DNA of 64,000 nt, taken from contig NC_135804.1 of assembly GCF_964213995.1 (NCBI RefSeq), positions 59,396,001 to 59,460,000 on the forward strand, read 5' to 3'. Both the position numbers and the translations under genes were made by a program. This document shows, one piece after another, positions 12,839 through 25,234 of the stretch (the stretch's first letter is position 1; the number at the start of each line of letters is the position of its first letter). The notes under the pieces were generated by a model, which saw only the letters and a list, made by a program, of their open reading frames with translations, did no database searches and had not been told where the DNA came from. This stretch comes from Mustelus asterias (Eukaryota).

Positions 12839-13802
12839 AAGTGATCTGAAACATAGACATGTAATTTGTTGTACATTCACCAGCATTTTGCAGATCTTTG
12901 TCATTCGATGTGGAATGGCAGAAAACTGGGCTAACTTAGTCAAGCATACCGTGATTCAGAAAATACAGATGATGTTTTATTTCCTTGTAGGATTATTTGA
13001 AGAAAGAACGGAGAGGATAGATAAAGGTAATGTTGTCGATATGGATGTATGGGGTTTAGTAGCTCTTCGAAGCAAATAGTTGGGATCTTCAAAACGGAAT
13101 TGGATATATATTTGAAAAGGCGAAAAACGGCAGAGCGTTGGGGAAAAGCTCGAAGTTGAGATGAATTGCTACACTCTTTCGAAATATCAACTGTATGGAC
13201 CCCAGGCCTTCCTTTCGTCATGTACGTTTGTATGATTTTACACGGCCACGTGTGTAGATGCAGGTTTGAGTGACGAAGTACAACTACCAGCTACTTTTGT
13301 ATTTGGTGGACGGATTTATAAAGTTGAGCTCCACCCGTTTCACATCAGGAGCGTATCGAGACTGGAAGTCATAATGCAGCAACGCCAGACATAAAACAAT
13401 ATCCAGGTTTTATAGTATCAATCGCAAAATGGGTACGATTTGTTGTTTTGTAAGAGATCGGGTCCACGTTTTTTCTGATATTGTGAGACTTCTTACTGTG
13501 CCCATGTTTTTCCAGCAGTCATGGATGCTGTTAGGAATAGCAACGTGCTTAGCGTATCATTGCAATGGAAAGAGAAGAGACGTCTCATCAATTAAATAAA
13601 ACAGATATAACCATAAGCTATGACAGAGTAGCTACCATTTTCTGCAAGGTAGTAAAAACAACATTCATCAGCAAATCGAAGAGTAATTAACAGTGGAAGG
13701 CAACATTCTCAGAACTATTATTGGAATTATCTTACATCTTGGAAGGATGATATCACACCGTTCATACACATCTGGAATGATATAGCAGAGAAATGTTAAT
13801 CG

Positions 13803-13971
13803 CTACTTGATTCTTACTTCTGTACAGAGTGTCTCGGTTGTTGCTTTTCTTTCGCTCTGCAACTGGACATACTCCGTGCTCATTTCATCTTACTGCATTT
13901 TCCCTTTTTTCTGAGTTGGCAAATGCCAGAGTCGCGTATGTCTGCTCGTGTCGTTCTGTCGTGCGTTGTGT
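13803..13971 (-). pseudogene. Terminal exon with tyrosine motifs
   Basis: Acceptor tattacag; TQRTTERHEQTYATLAFANSEK /frameshift/ DEMSTEYVQLQSERKATTETLCTEVRIK*. Confidence 0.75.
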
Positions 13972-14559
13972 CTGTAATATAACCATTTAGAAATAATGTT
14001 AACTTAAAATGGCGTTGAAAAAACATATATCCAAAGTTACCAGAAATATATGCCCTTCGTTCTCTCATGATCGTCAACGTTAAGTTCGTGATCTATAGTT
14101 TTTCTCATCTATTACTCATTCATACTGGAGTGTAGACGGTTTTCTTGTCTTTATGGTTATGTCTCGGAATTTTTCTGGTTCTACTCAAATCTAATGCAGC
14201 ACAATGCACGATCCCCTCTGTTGCTCTCTGCATAGGCCGGAACTAAAATGTTTGATTCTGTGGCCAGTTTATTTTCTTCTGCAGGTTCCACACCACTGAG
14301 TATAGAATAGGCAGATTGACCTGAGCTGCAAAACAATTTCACAAGTGTAATTTGTTTTGATATGCGTAAAGGCGAATATTAGCACCCTGGTCACTATATA
14401 CTCGCAGAATGCTATTTACATGGAGAAAGACTGCAAAGCTCTGTAGCACAGAGGGCCCGAGTGTTCTACACATGATTCTTAAAAAGCTGGTGTGCCGCTA
14501 AATGATTAGGAACGAAAATTGAATGTTGATGGTTATAGTGAGGCGATGTCACCTTAACT

Positions 14560-17500
14560 TGGTTAAGGGAAGGACAGGATTGGCAGCTTAACATTCCAGG
14601 ATACAGATGTTTCAAGCGGGATAGAGGGGGATGTAAAAGGGGTGGGGGAGTTGCACTATTGGTTTAGGAGAATATCGCAGCTGCGGGAGAACACCTCGGA
14701 GGGCTCATACAGCGAAGCAATGTGGATAGAGCTCAGGAATAGGAAGGGTGTAGTCGCAATGTTGGGGGTGTACTTTAGGCCGTCCAACTGCCAGCGGGAG
14801 ATAAGAGAACAGGTATGGAGGCAGATTTTGGCAAGGTGCAAAAGTAGCAGGGTTGTTAAGGTGGGAGATTTTATCTTCCCCTACATTGACTGGGACTCAC
14901 TTAGTGCTAGAGGCATGGATAGGGTAGAGTTTGTAAGGAACATCCAGAGAGCTTCTTGAAACCGCATGTAGATAATCCAACCAGGGAAGGGGCCATACTG
15001 CATCTGGTATTGGGGAATGAGCTCGGCTAGGTGGTCGAGGTAACAGTAGGAGAGCAGTTCGGGAACAGTGACCACAATTCAGTAAGCTTTAAGGTACTGG
15101 TGCAGAAAGATAAGGTGCTAAATTGGGGTAAGGCTACTTACAGCAATATTAGGCAGGAAATGAATAATGTAGATTGGGGGCACATGTTTGAGGGCAAATC
15201 AACATCTGGCATGTGGGAGGCTTTCAAGTGTAAGTTGATAGGGATTCAGGACCGGCACGTTCTTGTAAGGATGAAGGATAGGTTTGGCAAGTTTTGGAAA
15301 CCTTGGATAACGAGAAATATTGTGAGCCTAGTCAAAGAGAAAAAGGAAGAATTTGTCAAGGCTAGGAGGCTGGGTAACACACGAAACAAGCGTGGAATAC
15401 AAGGAAAATAGAAAGAAACCTAAGCAAGCAGTAAGGAGGGCTAAAAGGGGTCACGAAAAAGCATTGGCCAGCAGGATTAAGGAAAATCCCAAGGCTTTTT
15501 ATACATATATAAAGAGCAAGAGTGTAGCCAGGGAGTGGACAGTGGAGGGAATCTATGCGTGGAGCCAGAGGAAATGGGCAATGGATTAAATGAGTATTTT
15601 GCATCATTACTCACCAAAGAGTAGGACTTGGTAATGATGAGTCTGGGAAAGGATGTGTAGATAGTTTGAGTCATGTTGAGGTATTGAGGTTCTTGAGAAA
15701 CATTAAGGTAGAGAGGTCCCCAGGGTATGTTGGGATATACCCCAGAAAACTGAGAGAGGCAAGGGAGGAAATTGCTGGGGCATTGAGAGAAATCTTTGTG
15801 TCCTCACTGCCTACAGCAGAGGTCCCAGAGGATTGGAGAACAGCCAATGTTGTTCCTTTGCTTAAGGAGGGTAGCAGGACTAATCCAGGTAATTACAGGC
15901 CGGTGAGACTTACATCAGTGGTAGGGAAATTATTGGAGAGGATTCTTCGAGAAAGGATTTATTCCAACTTGGAAATAAGTGGACATATTAACGAGAGGCA
16001 ACATGGTTTTGTAAAGGGGAGGTCGTGTCTCACTAACTTGATTGAGTTTTTCGAGGAAGTGACGAAAATGATTGATGACGTTAGGGCAGTGGATGTTGTC
16101 TACATGGACTTCAGTAAGGACTCTGACAAGGTTCCTCATGGCAGACTGGTACAGATGACGAAGTCGCACGGGATCAGAGGTAAACTGGCAATACAAAATT
16201 AGCTTGGTCATAGAAGACAGAGGGTACCAGTGGAAGTGTGCGATTCTGAATGGAGGGCTGTGACAAGTGGCGTTCCTCGGGCATCAGTGCTGGGACCTTT
16301 GTCGTTTGTAATATATATAAATGATTTGGAGGAAAATATAACTGGTTTGATTAGTAAATTTGAGGACGACACAAAGGTTGGTGGTTTTGCGGATAGTAAT
16401 GAGGATCATCAGAGGATACAGCAGGATATAGATCGGTTGTAGACTTGGGCAGAGAGATGGCAGATGGAATTTGATCCGGACAAATGTGATGTAATGCATT
16501 TTGGAAGGTCTAATACAGATGGGAAATATACAGTAAATGGCAGAACCCTTAAGAGCATTGATAGGCAGAGGGATCTGGGTGTACAGGGACATAGGTCACT
16601 GAAAGAGAGAAGGAGAAGGTAGTCAAGAAGGCATACGGCATGCTTGCCTTCATCGGCTGGGATACTGACTTTAACAATTGGAAGTCACGGTAGCACAGTG
16701 GTTAGCACTGCTGCTTCACAGCGCCAGGGACCTGGGTTCGATTCCCGGCTTGGGTCACTGTCTGTGTGGAGTTTGCACATTCTCCTCGTGTCTGCGTGGG
16801 TTTCCTCCGGGTGCTCCGGTTTCCTCCCACAGTCCAAAGATGTGCGGGTTAGGTTGATTGGCCATGCTAAAATTGCCCTTAGTGTCCTGGGATGCGTAGA
16901 TTAGAGGGATTAGTGGGTAAAATATGTAGGGATATGGGGGTAGGGCCTGGGTGGGATTGTGGTCGGTGCAGACTCGATGGGCCGAATGGCCTCTCTCTGT
17001 ACTGTAGGGTTTCTATGATTTCTTCTTCTATGATGTTGCAGCTTTATAGAACCTTAGTTCGGCCGTACTTGAAATATAGTGTTCAGTTCTGGTCGCCACA
17101 CTACCAGAAGGATGTGGAGGCTTTGGAGAGGGTACAGAAAAAAATTACTAAGATGTTGCCTGGTATGGAGGGCATTAGCTATGAGGAGAGGTTGGAAAAA
17201 CTTGGTTTGTTCTCAGTGGAACGACGGAAGTTGAGGGGGCGACCTGATAGAAGTCTACAAGATTATGAGAGGCATGGACAGCGTGCATAGTCAGAATCTT
17301 TTTCCCAGGTGGAAGAGTCAATTACTGGGGGGGCATAAGTTCAAAGTGCGACGGCAAGGCTTAAAGGAGATGTACGAGGCAGGTTTTATTACAGAGGGTG
17401 GTGGGTGCCTGGAACTCGCTGCCCGGGGAGATAGTGGAAGCAGATACGGTAGTGACTTTTAAGGGGCGTCTGGACAAATACATGAATATGATGGAAATGG

Positions 17501-17612
17501 ACGGATATGGTCTCTGAAAGTGTAGGAGGTTTTACTTAAGTCGAGCGTTATGATCGGTGCATGTTTGGAGGGTCGAAGGGCCTGTTCCTATGCTGTAATT
17601 TTCTTTGTTCTT
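14560..17612 (+). mobile_element. Long degenerate CR1 LINE (APE endonuclease + RT), intronic and antisense to paralog B
   Basis: Fragments EAMWIELRN...GDF, SDHNSV, NYRPVRLTS, VYMDFSK and KFEDDTK. Confidence 0.92.
16686..17020 (+). mobile_element. HE1-type SINE nested in CR1
   Basis: Full head, core and tail interrupting the CR1 RT sequence. Confidence 0.92.
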
Positions 17613-17624
17613 TGCCCTTTTTTC

Positions 17625-18165
17625 TAAAAGAGGGAAGTTGTACTGCAGCTGTACACGGCCTTGTTGAGAGCAGATCCGGAATACTGTGTATAGTTTTGGT
17701 TCTGATATTTGAAATATATATACATAATTGCGTTAGAAACTGTTCAGATAAGGTTCAGAAGATTCATTCCTGGGACGAGGGACATATCTTATGGAAAAAT
17801 ATGCTGAGGGGAATTGACAGGGCTGATGCGTGGAGGTTGCTCCCATCTGTGGAGAGTCCAGTGCTCGGCGAGACAGTTTAACAAGGATAAGCCTCCCTTT
17901 TAAAATGGGATGAGAGGAATCTTTTTCTTTCACAGAGTCGTTAGTATAGACAATGCTGTTCCCCAGAGTGAAGTGCATGCTGGGTCATTGAATTAATTCA
18001 AGTTGACATATTCTTGATAGACAGGGGAATTAAAGATTATCGGGGTATGAACATACAGGAAAGTGGAGTTGAGAACAAAATCGGATCAACCAGGATCTTG
18101 TTGGATGGCGGAAGAGATCGCAGGGCTGAATGATCTACTCCAGCTCCTGAGTCTAATGTTCCATA
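17625..18165 (+). mobile_element. Old CR1 3' fragment
   Basis: Decayed CR1 RT C-terminus and 3' UTR. Confidence 0.65.
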
Positions 18166-18527
18166 TTGCTACTATAATTAATAGTTAAAGCAGTCAACTT
18201 GCATTCCACAAAAATGTTAAAGCAAGTGTTCGCATTTTTTATAATGTATGTTTCTTAAGTCCACTGAAGAAATGAAGCCATCAATTCCTAACTAGGCGTA
18301 TTTTCAACGAAACACGCGGTTTTACTCCCTGTTAAATCATCTTTTTAAAACTAGCATTGATTCGCCGAATGGAACGTATATTGTTAACTTGCACTTCAAG
18401 GCCACATTGTGATCGATCACAGTTTTAGTAATTGAACGTAAATTGCTTTGACATGATTATAACCTATCCAATATATTAATCTTTCTTGACATTGCATCCG
18501 TATGCCTCTATAAGTGAATAAATATAT

Positions 18528-18566
18528 CGGTTCTTCACGGCGGATTCGTCCAGTTACACACTTTTT
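18528..18566 (-). pseudogene. Short cytoplasmic exon of paralog B
   Basis: Acceptor gctttccag; KCVTGRIRREEP; one base too long for phase 1-0; donor reads AT; cgccgtgaagaaccg resembles agccgtgacaaatct of paralog A. Confidence 0.55.
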
Positions 18567-19191
18567 CTGGAAAGCAAAGAAATGTGACGTTGAAATAATG
18601 GAATATTTACAAGCTCCAGTGATGGCGAAGCCATTTTAAGAGTCACAACAAAGCCGAAAGTGCTCCTCGGCTTCTCGTTGTGCAAATAACGTTTGAAATC
18701 TCAGCCACTGTCGCGAACAGAAGTTCTGAACATGATGTGAGTCAGCAATAAGGAATAGGGCAGGAGATTTCAGTTGTGGTGGGAGACCAGCTATGATATA
18801 TTTGTATGGGAAACAGGCTCGAGTGGCCGTATGGCCGAATCCTGTTGCTGGTGTGTGGAATGATTATTGTGGTCGGAACTTCAAACTCTTCCAGTCAAGG
18901 TAGTTGCGCCTCCACAGGACAATGATTGATCACATGACTATGTGTCAGGGGACATGTCATTTATCATTCCATAAAAGGAAAATTTTCGTTGCAACACCTA
19001 GTAAATGATCTCAATGTCTATTCTGAGTCTGTGAGAATTTGTGCTTTATAAAATGCATTTGAAGCATTCGCCCCTTCTGAAAACAGGAATGTCATTGTTT
19101 TCACATTTAAGTCCCAATGGATTTCTCCCTGGCCCCTGTTTCGCGGAGGCTATCATACAGTCTGAGACTTTGCTTCAAATTAAAATTTTGC

Positions 19192-19308
19192 CTTAATTAT
19201 TTTGCAGTTGAAATCGCATCGCACTGACGACCATTTGCACAAACAAAAATCCAAGTCCAACCTAAGCACACCCAGGAACCCAGAGCTAAAGCGAGTTAAC
19301 GGCACTCA
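19192..19308 (-). pseudogene. Transmembrane exon with stops
   Basis: Acceptor ctcacag, 117 nt, phase 1-1: VSAVNSL*LWVPGCA*VGLGFLFVQMVVSAMRFQLQNN*; donor GC. Confidence 0.75.
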
Positions 19309-20415
19309 CTGTGAGATTAATAAGAACATTGGTTATGACGGATAGCTAGCTAAAATAGGCCCGAAGATAGTTTATTGTTTGAACTGCAGGGGCAATTTCA
19401 AGAACTCGCTATTCTACAGCAGCAATAAGAACGTTCAAATTGTAACTCTTTGGTGTAATATTTGAAGTAACTTCCATAAATAGATCGAACATTTTGGATT
19501 GAACAACGAAAAGGATTTGAAGGATCCTCGGACACTGTTTCAGAAGCATTGGAATGCGAAAGGGATCAAAGGTCAATAATCATTAACCGTGTTCTTGTTT
19601 TTGACCTTCCTTATTCAACACCATATCCATTGAGGAATTATATCGCATTTTCGCAAGCGTTTCTTTAGTGTCAGCGCAACATCTTGAATTGCAATAATTG
19701 GGCCAATAAACAATTTCAACGATCGGTTCTGTGTTTTACTAAACTAAGGGTCACTGAAACGTATAGGAGATGAACGGGCGAGTGGTCTTTTTTTTCTGTT
19801 GGCGAAAGAATTGTTAACATTTTGATTCATTGAGCAACCTTTACTGTAACGAGGCTACCTGCCGATCTTAAATGAGATTCATGATACAGAGCCAAATTCA
19901 TCCCGCTGTAGGTGAATGAAGGGCAGCAGTTAGCTATGGCTTTAATTTCAGAAATATGTTATAGAAATGAAGTGGTGATGAGGATGATGGATGGTGAGCC
20001 ATGGGGAGGAGGAGTTGGGGGTTGTGGAATGAAGGAAAGGTTGAGGTTCTGGGGAGGTTAAGGTTGGAAGCTACAGTGAGCAAACTTTAAAAAAACACAA
20101 ACAAGCATGCAAAATTCTGGAATAGAAATTAAATTCTCCAGATTATAATCGTTATATGTCAAATGAAATAAATGGAAAATAAATACGGGTGGACTGAGAT
20201 CATTTGCTTGGCATGTGATATAGCTTGATTTTAAAATGCATGGTGTTCACATGCATTATTTAATGCTTAAAACAGTGAATGTAATGCTTTCTTTAATATT
20301 TCCCAGGCAGTGTCGTGCATTAATTCTTCAGTATTAACAGTTACAAAGATTAGATTACGTCACTTCACCAAATTAACAGCAATTCTTTCCTCTTTTCGAT
20401 CTGTCGACCTGGTAA

Positions 20416-20726
20416 CTTGGTTATATTTAGAAATAGCGTGGGTGACAACAGTAGGAGCTTGGAGAGAGGCGTGAGATACCGAACAGGTGTAATTGGCGTC
20501 GCGTGGAACAGGTTGTACCACAGCCAAAGAGCTTGAGACTTTGTAGAGTCCCTCGGGATTTTGCATTTTATTGTTGCGTATGCCTAATGCAATCTCTATG
20601 CCATTTTATACCAAATTAGGGTGAAATTGTCCGGATAAAATGCAGCCGTTTTGCACAAAAGAGTCAAAGACAGAGCGGGATTCCATTCACAAAGTTTGGA
20701 AAGAATCTTCAGTGGGGTTGGGGGCA
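20416..20726 (-). pseudogene. C1-set Ig exon
   Basis: Acceptor tatttcgcag; VPPTPLKILS...LTLLCKTAAFYPDNFTLIWYK /-1 frameshift/ NGIEI...NPEGLYKVSSSL...YTCSVSHASL (CxxxxFYP, W and YxCxVxH motifs). Confidence 0.93.
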
Positions 20727-20997
20727 CTGCGAAATAGAAAATCAACCAATTACGGTCACCGCGCAACGTTGCGAGACATTAGGCTTTCGCTTTATTCATT
20801 TGATGATAGTAGCACAATTGGAAAGAGCAATCTCCTGTTTGTTTTAAAATTTTCGCAGATCCTCAGCACATATCTCACCAGATATCTCATAAACAAAGGC
20901 ATCAATTAATTTCTACGGGAGTTAGCAAGTCCAGGACTCTGAGTTATTCAGCAGACAATTTGCAACGTTCTGGTATTCAATGTTTCATGTTTGTAAT

Positions 20998-21810
20998 TTG
21001 GACAAATGACGAGGCAGAGTACAGGAATGAGATAAAGAATCTGGTAAACTGGTGCAGCAACAATAATCTCTCCCTCAATGTCAACAAAACGAAGGAGATT
21101 GTCATCGACTTCAGGAAGCGTAAAGGAGAACATGCCTCTGTCAACATCAATGGGGATGAAGTAGAAAGAATCAAGAGTTTCAAGTTTTTAGGTGTCCAGA
21201 TCACCAACAACCTGTCCTGGTCACCCCATGCCGATACTATAGTTAGGAAAGCCCACCAACGCCTCTACTTTCTCAGAAAACTAAGCAAATTTGGCATGTC
21301 AGCTACGACTCTCACCAACTTTTACAGATGCACTATAGAAAACATTCTTTCTGGTTGTATCACAGCTTGGGTATGGTTCCTGATCTGCCCAAGACTGCAA
21401 GGAAAAGTCATGAATGCAGCCCAATCCATCACGCAAACCAGCCTCCCATCCATTGACTCTGTCTACACTTCCCACTGCCTCGGCAAAGCAGCCAGCATAA
21501 TTAAGGGCCCCACGCATCCCGGACATTTTCGCTTCCACCTTCTTCCTTCGGGAAAAGGATACAAACGTCGGAGGTACGTACCAGCGGATTCAAGAACAGC
21601 TTCTTCCCTGCTGCTGTCAGACTTTTGAATGGACTTACCTTGCATTAAGTTGATCTTCCTCTACACCCTAGCTATGACTATAACGCTACATTCTGCACTC
21701 TCTCGTTTCCTTCTCTATGAACGGTATGTTTCATCTGTATAGCGCGCAAGAAACAATACTTTTCACTGTATGTTAACACATGTGACAATAATAAATCAAA
21801 TCAAATCAAA
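20998..21810 (+). mobile_element. Rex1/Babar-type LINE, 5'-truncated
   Basis: ORF with WCSNNNLSLNVNKTKEIVIDFRK, FKFLGVQI, QRLYFLRKL; (TCAAA)n tail. Confidence 0.85.
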
Positions 21811-21917
21811 AATATTTGGGGGCAATTTGGCCCACTACCTTCCTCCATATTTATAACAGTGACAGTGACAAATAATCTGCTGTTATAACTAAGGACTTTG
21901 TCAATCTGGAAGTGATT

Positions 21918-24055
21918 TAGAACATAGAACATAGAACATAGAACAGTACAGCACAGAACAGGCCCTTCGGCCCACGATGTTGTGCCGAGCTTTATCTGAA
22001 ACCAAGATCAAGCTATCCCACTCCCTATCATCCTGGTGTGCTCCATGTGCCTATCCAATAACCGCTTAAATGTTTCTAAAGTGTCTGACTCCACTATCAC
22101 TGCAGGCAGTCCATTCCACACCCCAACCACTCTCTGCGTAAAGAACCTACCTCTGATATCCGTCCTGTATCTCCCACCACGAACCCTATAGTTATGCCCC
22201 CTTGTAATAGCTCCATCCACCCGAGGAAATAGTCTTTGAACGTTCACTCTATCTATCTATCCCCTTCATCATTTTATACACCTCTATTAAGTCTCCCCTC
22301 AGCCTCCTCCGCTCCAGAGAGAATAGCCCTAGCTCCCTCAACCTTTCCTCATATGACCTACCCTCCAAACCAGGCAGCATCCTGGTAAATCTCCTCTGCA
22401 CTCCTTCCAGCGCTTCCACATCCTTCCTATAGTGAGGTGACCAGAACTGCACACAATATTCCAAATGTGGTCTCACCAAGGTCCTGTACAGTTGCAGCAT
22501 AACCCCACGGCTCTTAAACTCCAACCCCCTGTTAATAAAAGCTAACACACTACAGGCCTTCTTCACAGCTCTATTCACTTGAGTGGCAACCTTTAGAGAT
22601 CTGTGGATATGGACCCCAAGATCTCTCTGTTCCTCCACAGTCTTCAGAACCCTACCTTTGACCCTGTAATCCACATTTAAATTTGTCCTACCAAAATGAA
22701 TCACCTCACATTTATCAGGGTTAAACTCCATTTGCCATTTTCAGCCCAGCTTTGCATCCTATCTATGTCTCTTTGCAGTCTGCAACAGCCCTCCACCTCA
22801 TCCACTACTCCACCAATCTTGGTGTCATCAGCAAATTTACTGATCCACCCTTCAGCCCCCTCCTCTAAGTCATTAATAAAAATCACAAAGAGCAGAGGAC
22901 CAAGCACTGATCCCTGCGGCACACCGCTAGCAACCTGCCTCCAATCCGAAAATTTTCCATCGACCACCACCCTCTGTCTTCGGTCAGACAGCCAGTTGCC
23001 TATCCAATCGGCCAACTTTCCCTCTATCCCACACCTCCTCACTTTCATCATAAGCCGACCATGGGGGACCTTATCAAACGCCTTACTAAAATCCATGTAT
23101 ATGACATCAACTGCCCTACCTTCATCAACACACTTAGTTACCTCCTCAAAAAATTCTATCAAATTTGTGAGGCACGACTTGCCCTTCACGAATCCGTGCT
23201 GACTATCTCGGATTAATCCGCATCTTTCTAAATGGTCGTAAATCCCATCCCTAAGGACCCTTTCCATCAATTTACCAACCACCGAAGTAAGACTAACCGG
23301 TCTATAATTACCAGGGTCATTTCTATTCCCTTTCTTAAACAGAGGAACAACATTCGCCATTCTCCAGTCCTCTGGCACCATCCCCGTGGACAGCGAGGAC
23401 CCAAAGATCAACGCCAAAGGCTCTGCAATCTCATCCCTTGCCTCCCAAAGAATCCTAGGATACATTTCATCAGGCCCAGGGGACTTATCGACCTTCAGTT
23501 TATTCAAAACTGCCAAGACATCCTCCCTCCGAACATCTATTTCCTCCAGCCTATTAGCCTGTAACACCTTCTCTTCCTCAAAAACATGGCCCCTCTCCTT
23601 GGTGAACACTGAAGAAAAGTATTCATTCATCACCTCGCCTATCTCTACTGACTCCATACACAAGTTCCCACTACTGTCCTTGACCGGCCCTAACCTCACC
23701 CTGGTCATTCTTTTATTCCTCACATAAGAGTAAAAAGCCTTGGGGTTTTCCTTGATCCGACCCGCCAAGGACTTCTCATGTCCCCTCCTAGCTCTCCTAA
23801 GCCCCTTTTTCAGCTCATTCCTTGCTAACTTGTAACCCTCAATCGAGCCATCTGAACCTTGTTTCCTCATCCCGACATAAGCTTCCCTCTTCCTTTTCAC
23901 AAGACATTCCACCTCTTTTGTGAACCATGGTTCCCTCACTCGGCCATTTCCTCCCTGCCTGACAGGAACATACCTATCAAGGACATCCAGTATTTGTTCC
24001 TTGAAAAAATTCCACTTTTCATTAGTTCCTTTCTCTGACAGTTTCTGTTCCCAAC
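21918..24055 (-). mobile_element. Young CR1/HER1 LINE, 5'-truncated, near-intact RT
   Basis: 459-aa ORF with [10 protein letters not shown] and FADD, continued by the 160-aa and 79-aa ORFs; (TGTTCTA)n tail. Confidence 0.96.
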
Positions 24056-24539
24056 TGATTTCATAACCAAAAGCAAGCAACTGGTGAACTATATTGTGTT
24101 CAGGTAAACCACAGGGATTTCAGAAGCACAATTCCTCTGTAATTTTTGTTATTGGAGTTTTGGGAGGCGGAACGATCTGCGTTTCAAAAATAGGCCAAGA
24201 ACCTTGTATATGCTGGGAGGGGCTCATCAAATAAATAATTAAAATCAGTCTGATGCTTGGAATTCATTCCGAACATTGGCTATCAGCCATCAGATGTATG
24301 AATGTCTTTGGAGCCGGCGCCTACCTGCATAGTATTGATACATGTTGCAATATTCTGCCTGTGACATTGAATGTCTAAGTAACAGTTCGATTAAAAGAAC
24401 ACGGTTATAACAATTGGTCGTGAAGCGTAATAATAGTCATGCTATTAAGGACAAAGACGTGCAATAAAAAATTATGAAATAGCTCAGTTTATGTTCGGTA
24501 TATTTACGATTATTCCACTCTCCTGTTTTTCACACTTAC

Positions 24540-24859
24540 CATAAACAATTAGCTGTGATCGGGTTCCATTTCCCTGTACACCTCCTTGACACATCACAGT
24601 GCAGTGATAAACTCCAGAGTCGTAGAAATTTGCGTCCAGCAACTGGAAGATACTGAACCAATTGTTCTTCAGGCTAAATCGTTTTCTGCCATTGCCGCCT
24701 TCTCTAAGGTATTCAACCTCCCCATGTTTCCACCAATGCACTGTGATTCTCGAATAGTCCGGGATCTGGGGAACTCGCAGGCGAAGCTGATGTTTTCTCC
24801 TCTGGCTGCAATCTGTTCTTTGGGCATTTGAGTCACTCTGAACGAAATTTGGTCCGCAT
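24540..24859 (-). pseudogene. V-set Ig exon with J-like G strand
   Basis: ttttctgacag / gtaagt; 320 nt (321 expected). DADQISFRVTQMPKEQIAARGENISFACEFP /-1 frameshift/ QIPDYSRITVHWWK...FQLLDANFYDSGVYHCTVMCQGGVQGNGTRSQLIVY, with B-strand Cys, C-strand Trp and DSGVYxC. Confidence 0.93.
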
Positions 24860-25046
24860 CTGTCAGAAAATATAATCAATTCCAAGCTAGCCATATTAGA
24901 TGCCACACGTGAAAGTAAAAGAGAAAGGAAATATTTTCCAATACGAAATTACGAGTTACTAAATAATTGTGGATGTTGCTTCGGAAGCATTTTATAAACT
25001 AAAGTACTTGGGACAATGGATGGGAATGTACAAGTATAAGTGTTCC

Positions 25047-25086
25047 CTTGCAGACTCAGGCAGAGAAGAACCAGGCGCGCTGACAT
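25047..25086 (-). pseudogene. Leader exon of paralog B
   Basis: ATG...MSARLVLLCLSLQ + G (phase 1); donor reads GG instead of GT. Confidence 0.6.
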
Positions 25087-25234
25087 TCTGAGCAACTGAT
25101 TCAATTGATCATTCTCTACAATAACTGAACGTTTGCCGCTGTTAATAATAGTTTGCGGTAATTTGCAGTCAGATGCTTCGCAATGACATCTGTGTTCCTG
25201 TAACTGCAGGTTTAGAATATAGGCTTTTAAAATT

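Larger units (their letters stand above)
13803..25086 (-). pseudogene. Six-exon VJ-C1-TM-ITIM IgSF receptor pseudogene (SIRP/PRARP/B7H6-like architecture; paralog B)
   Basis: Exons 25086-25047, 24859-24540, 20726-20416, 19308-19192, 18566-18528 and 13971-13803 lie in the correct order with compatible phases. All five acceptors are intact; there are frameshifts in four exons, three in-frame stops and four damaged donors. Confidence 0.85.

Noticed and set aside
16686-16750. tRNA gene-like A/B boxes
   Set aside because: SINE heads, not tRNA genes.
22696-23727. Plus-strand ORFs of 110-168 aa
   Set aside because: Antisense shadows of the CR1 RT.
24595-24601. Perfect RSS heptamer CACAGTG at the V-exon F strand
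   Set aside because: No nonamer at 12 or 23 spacing; explained by the C-T-V codons.
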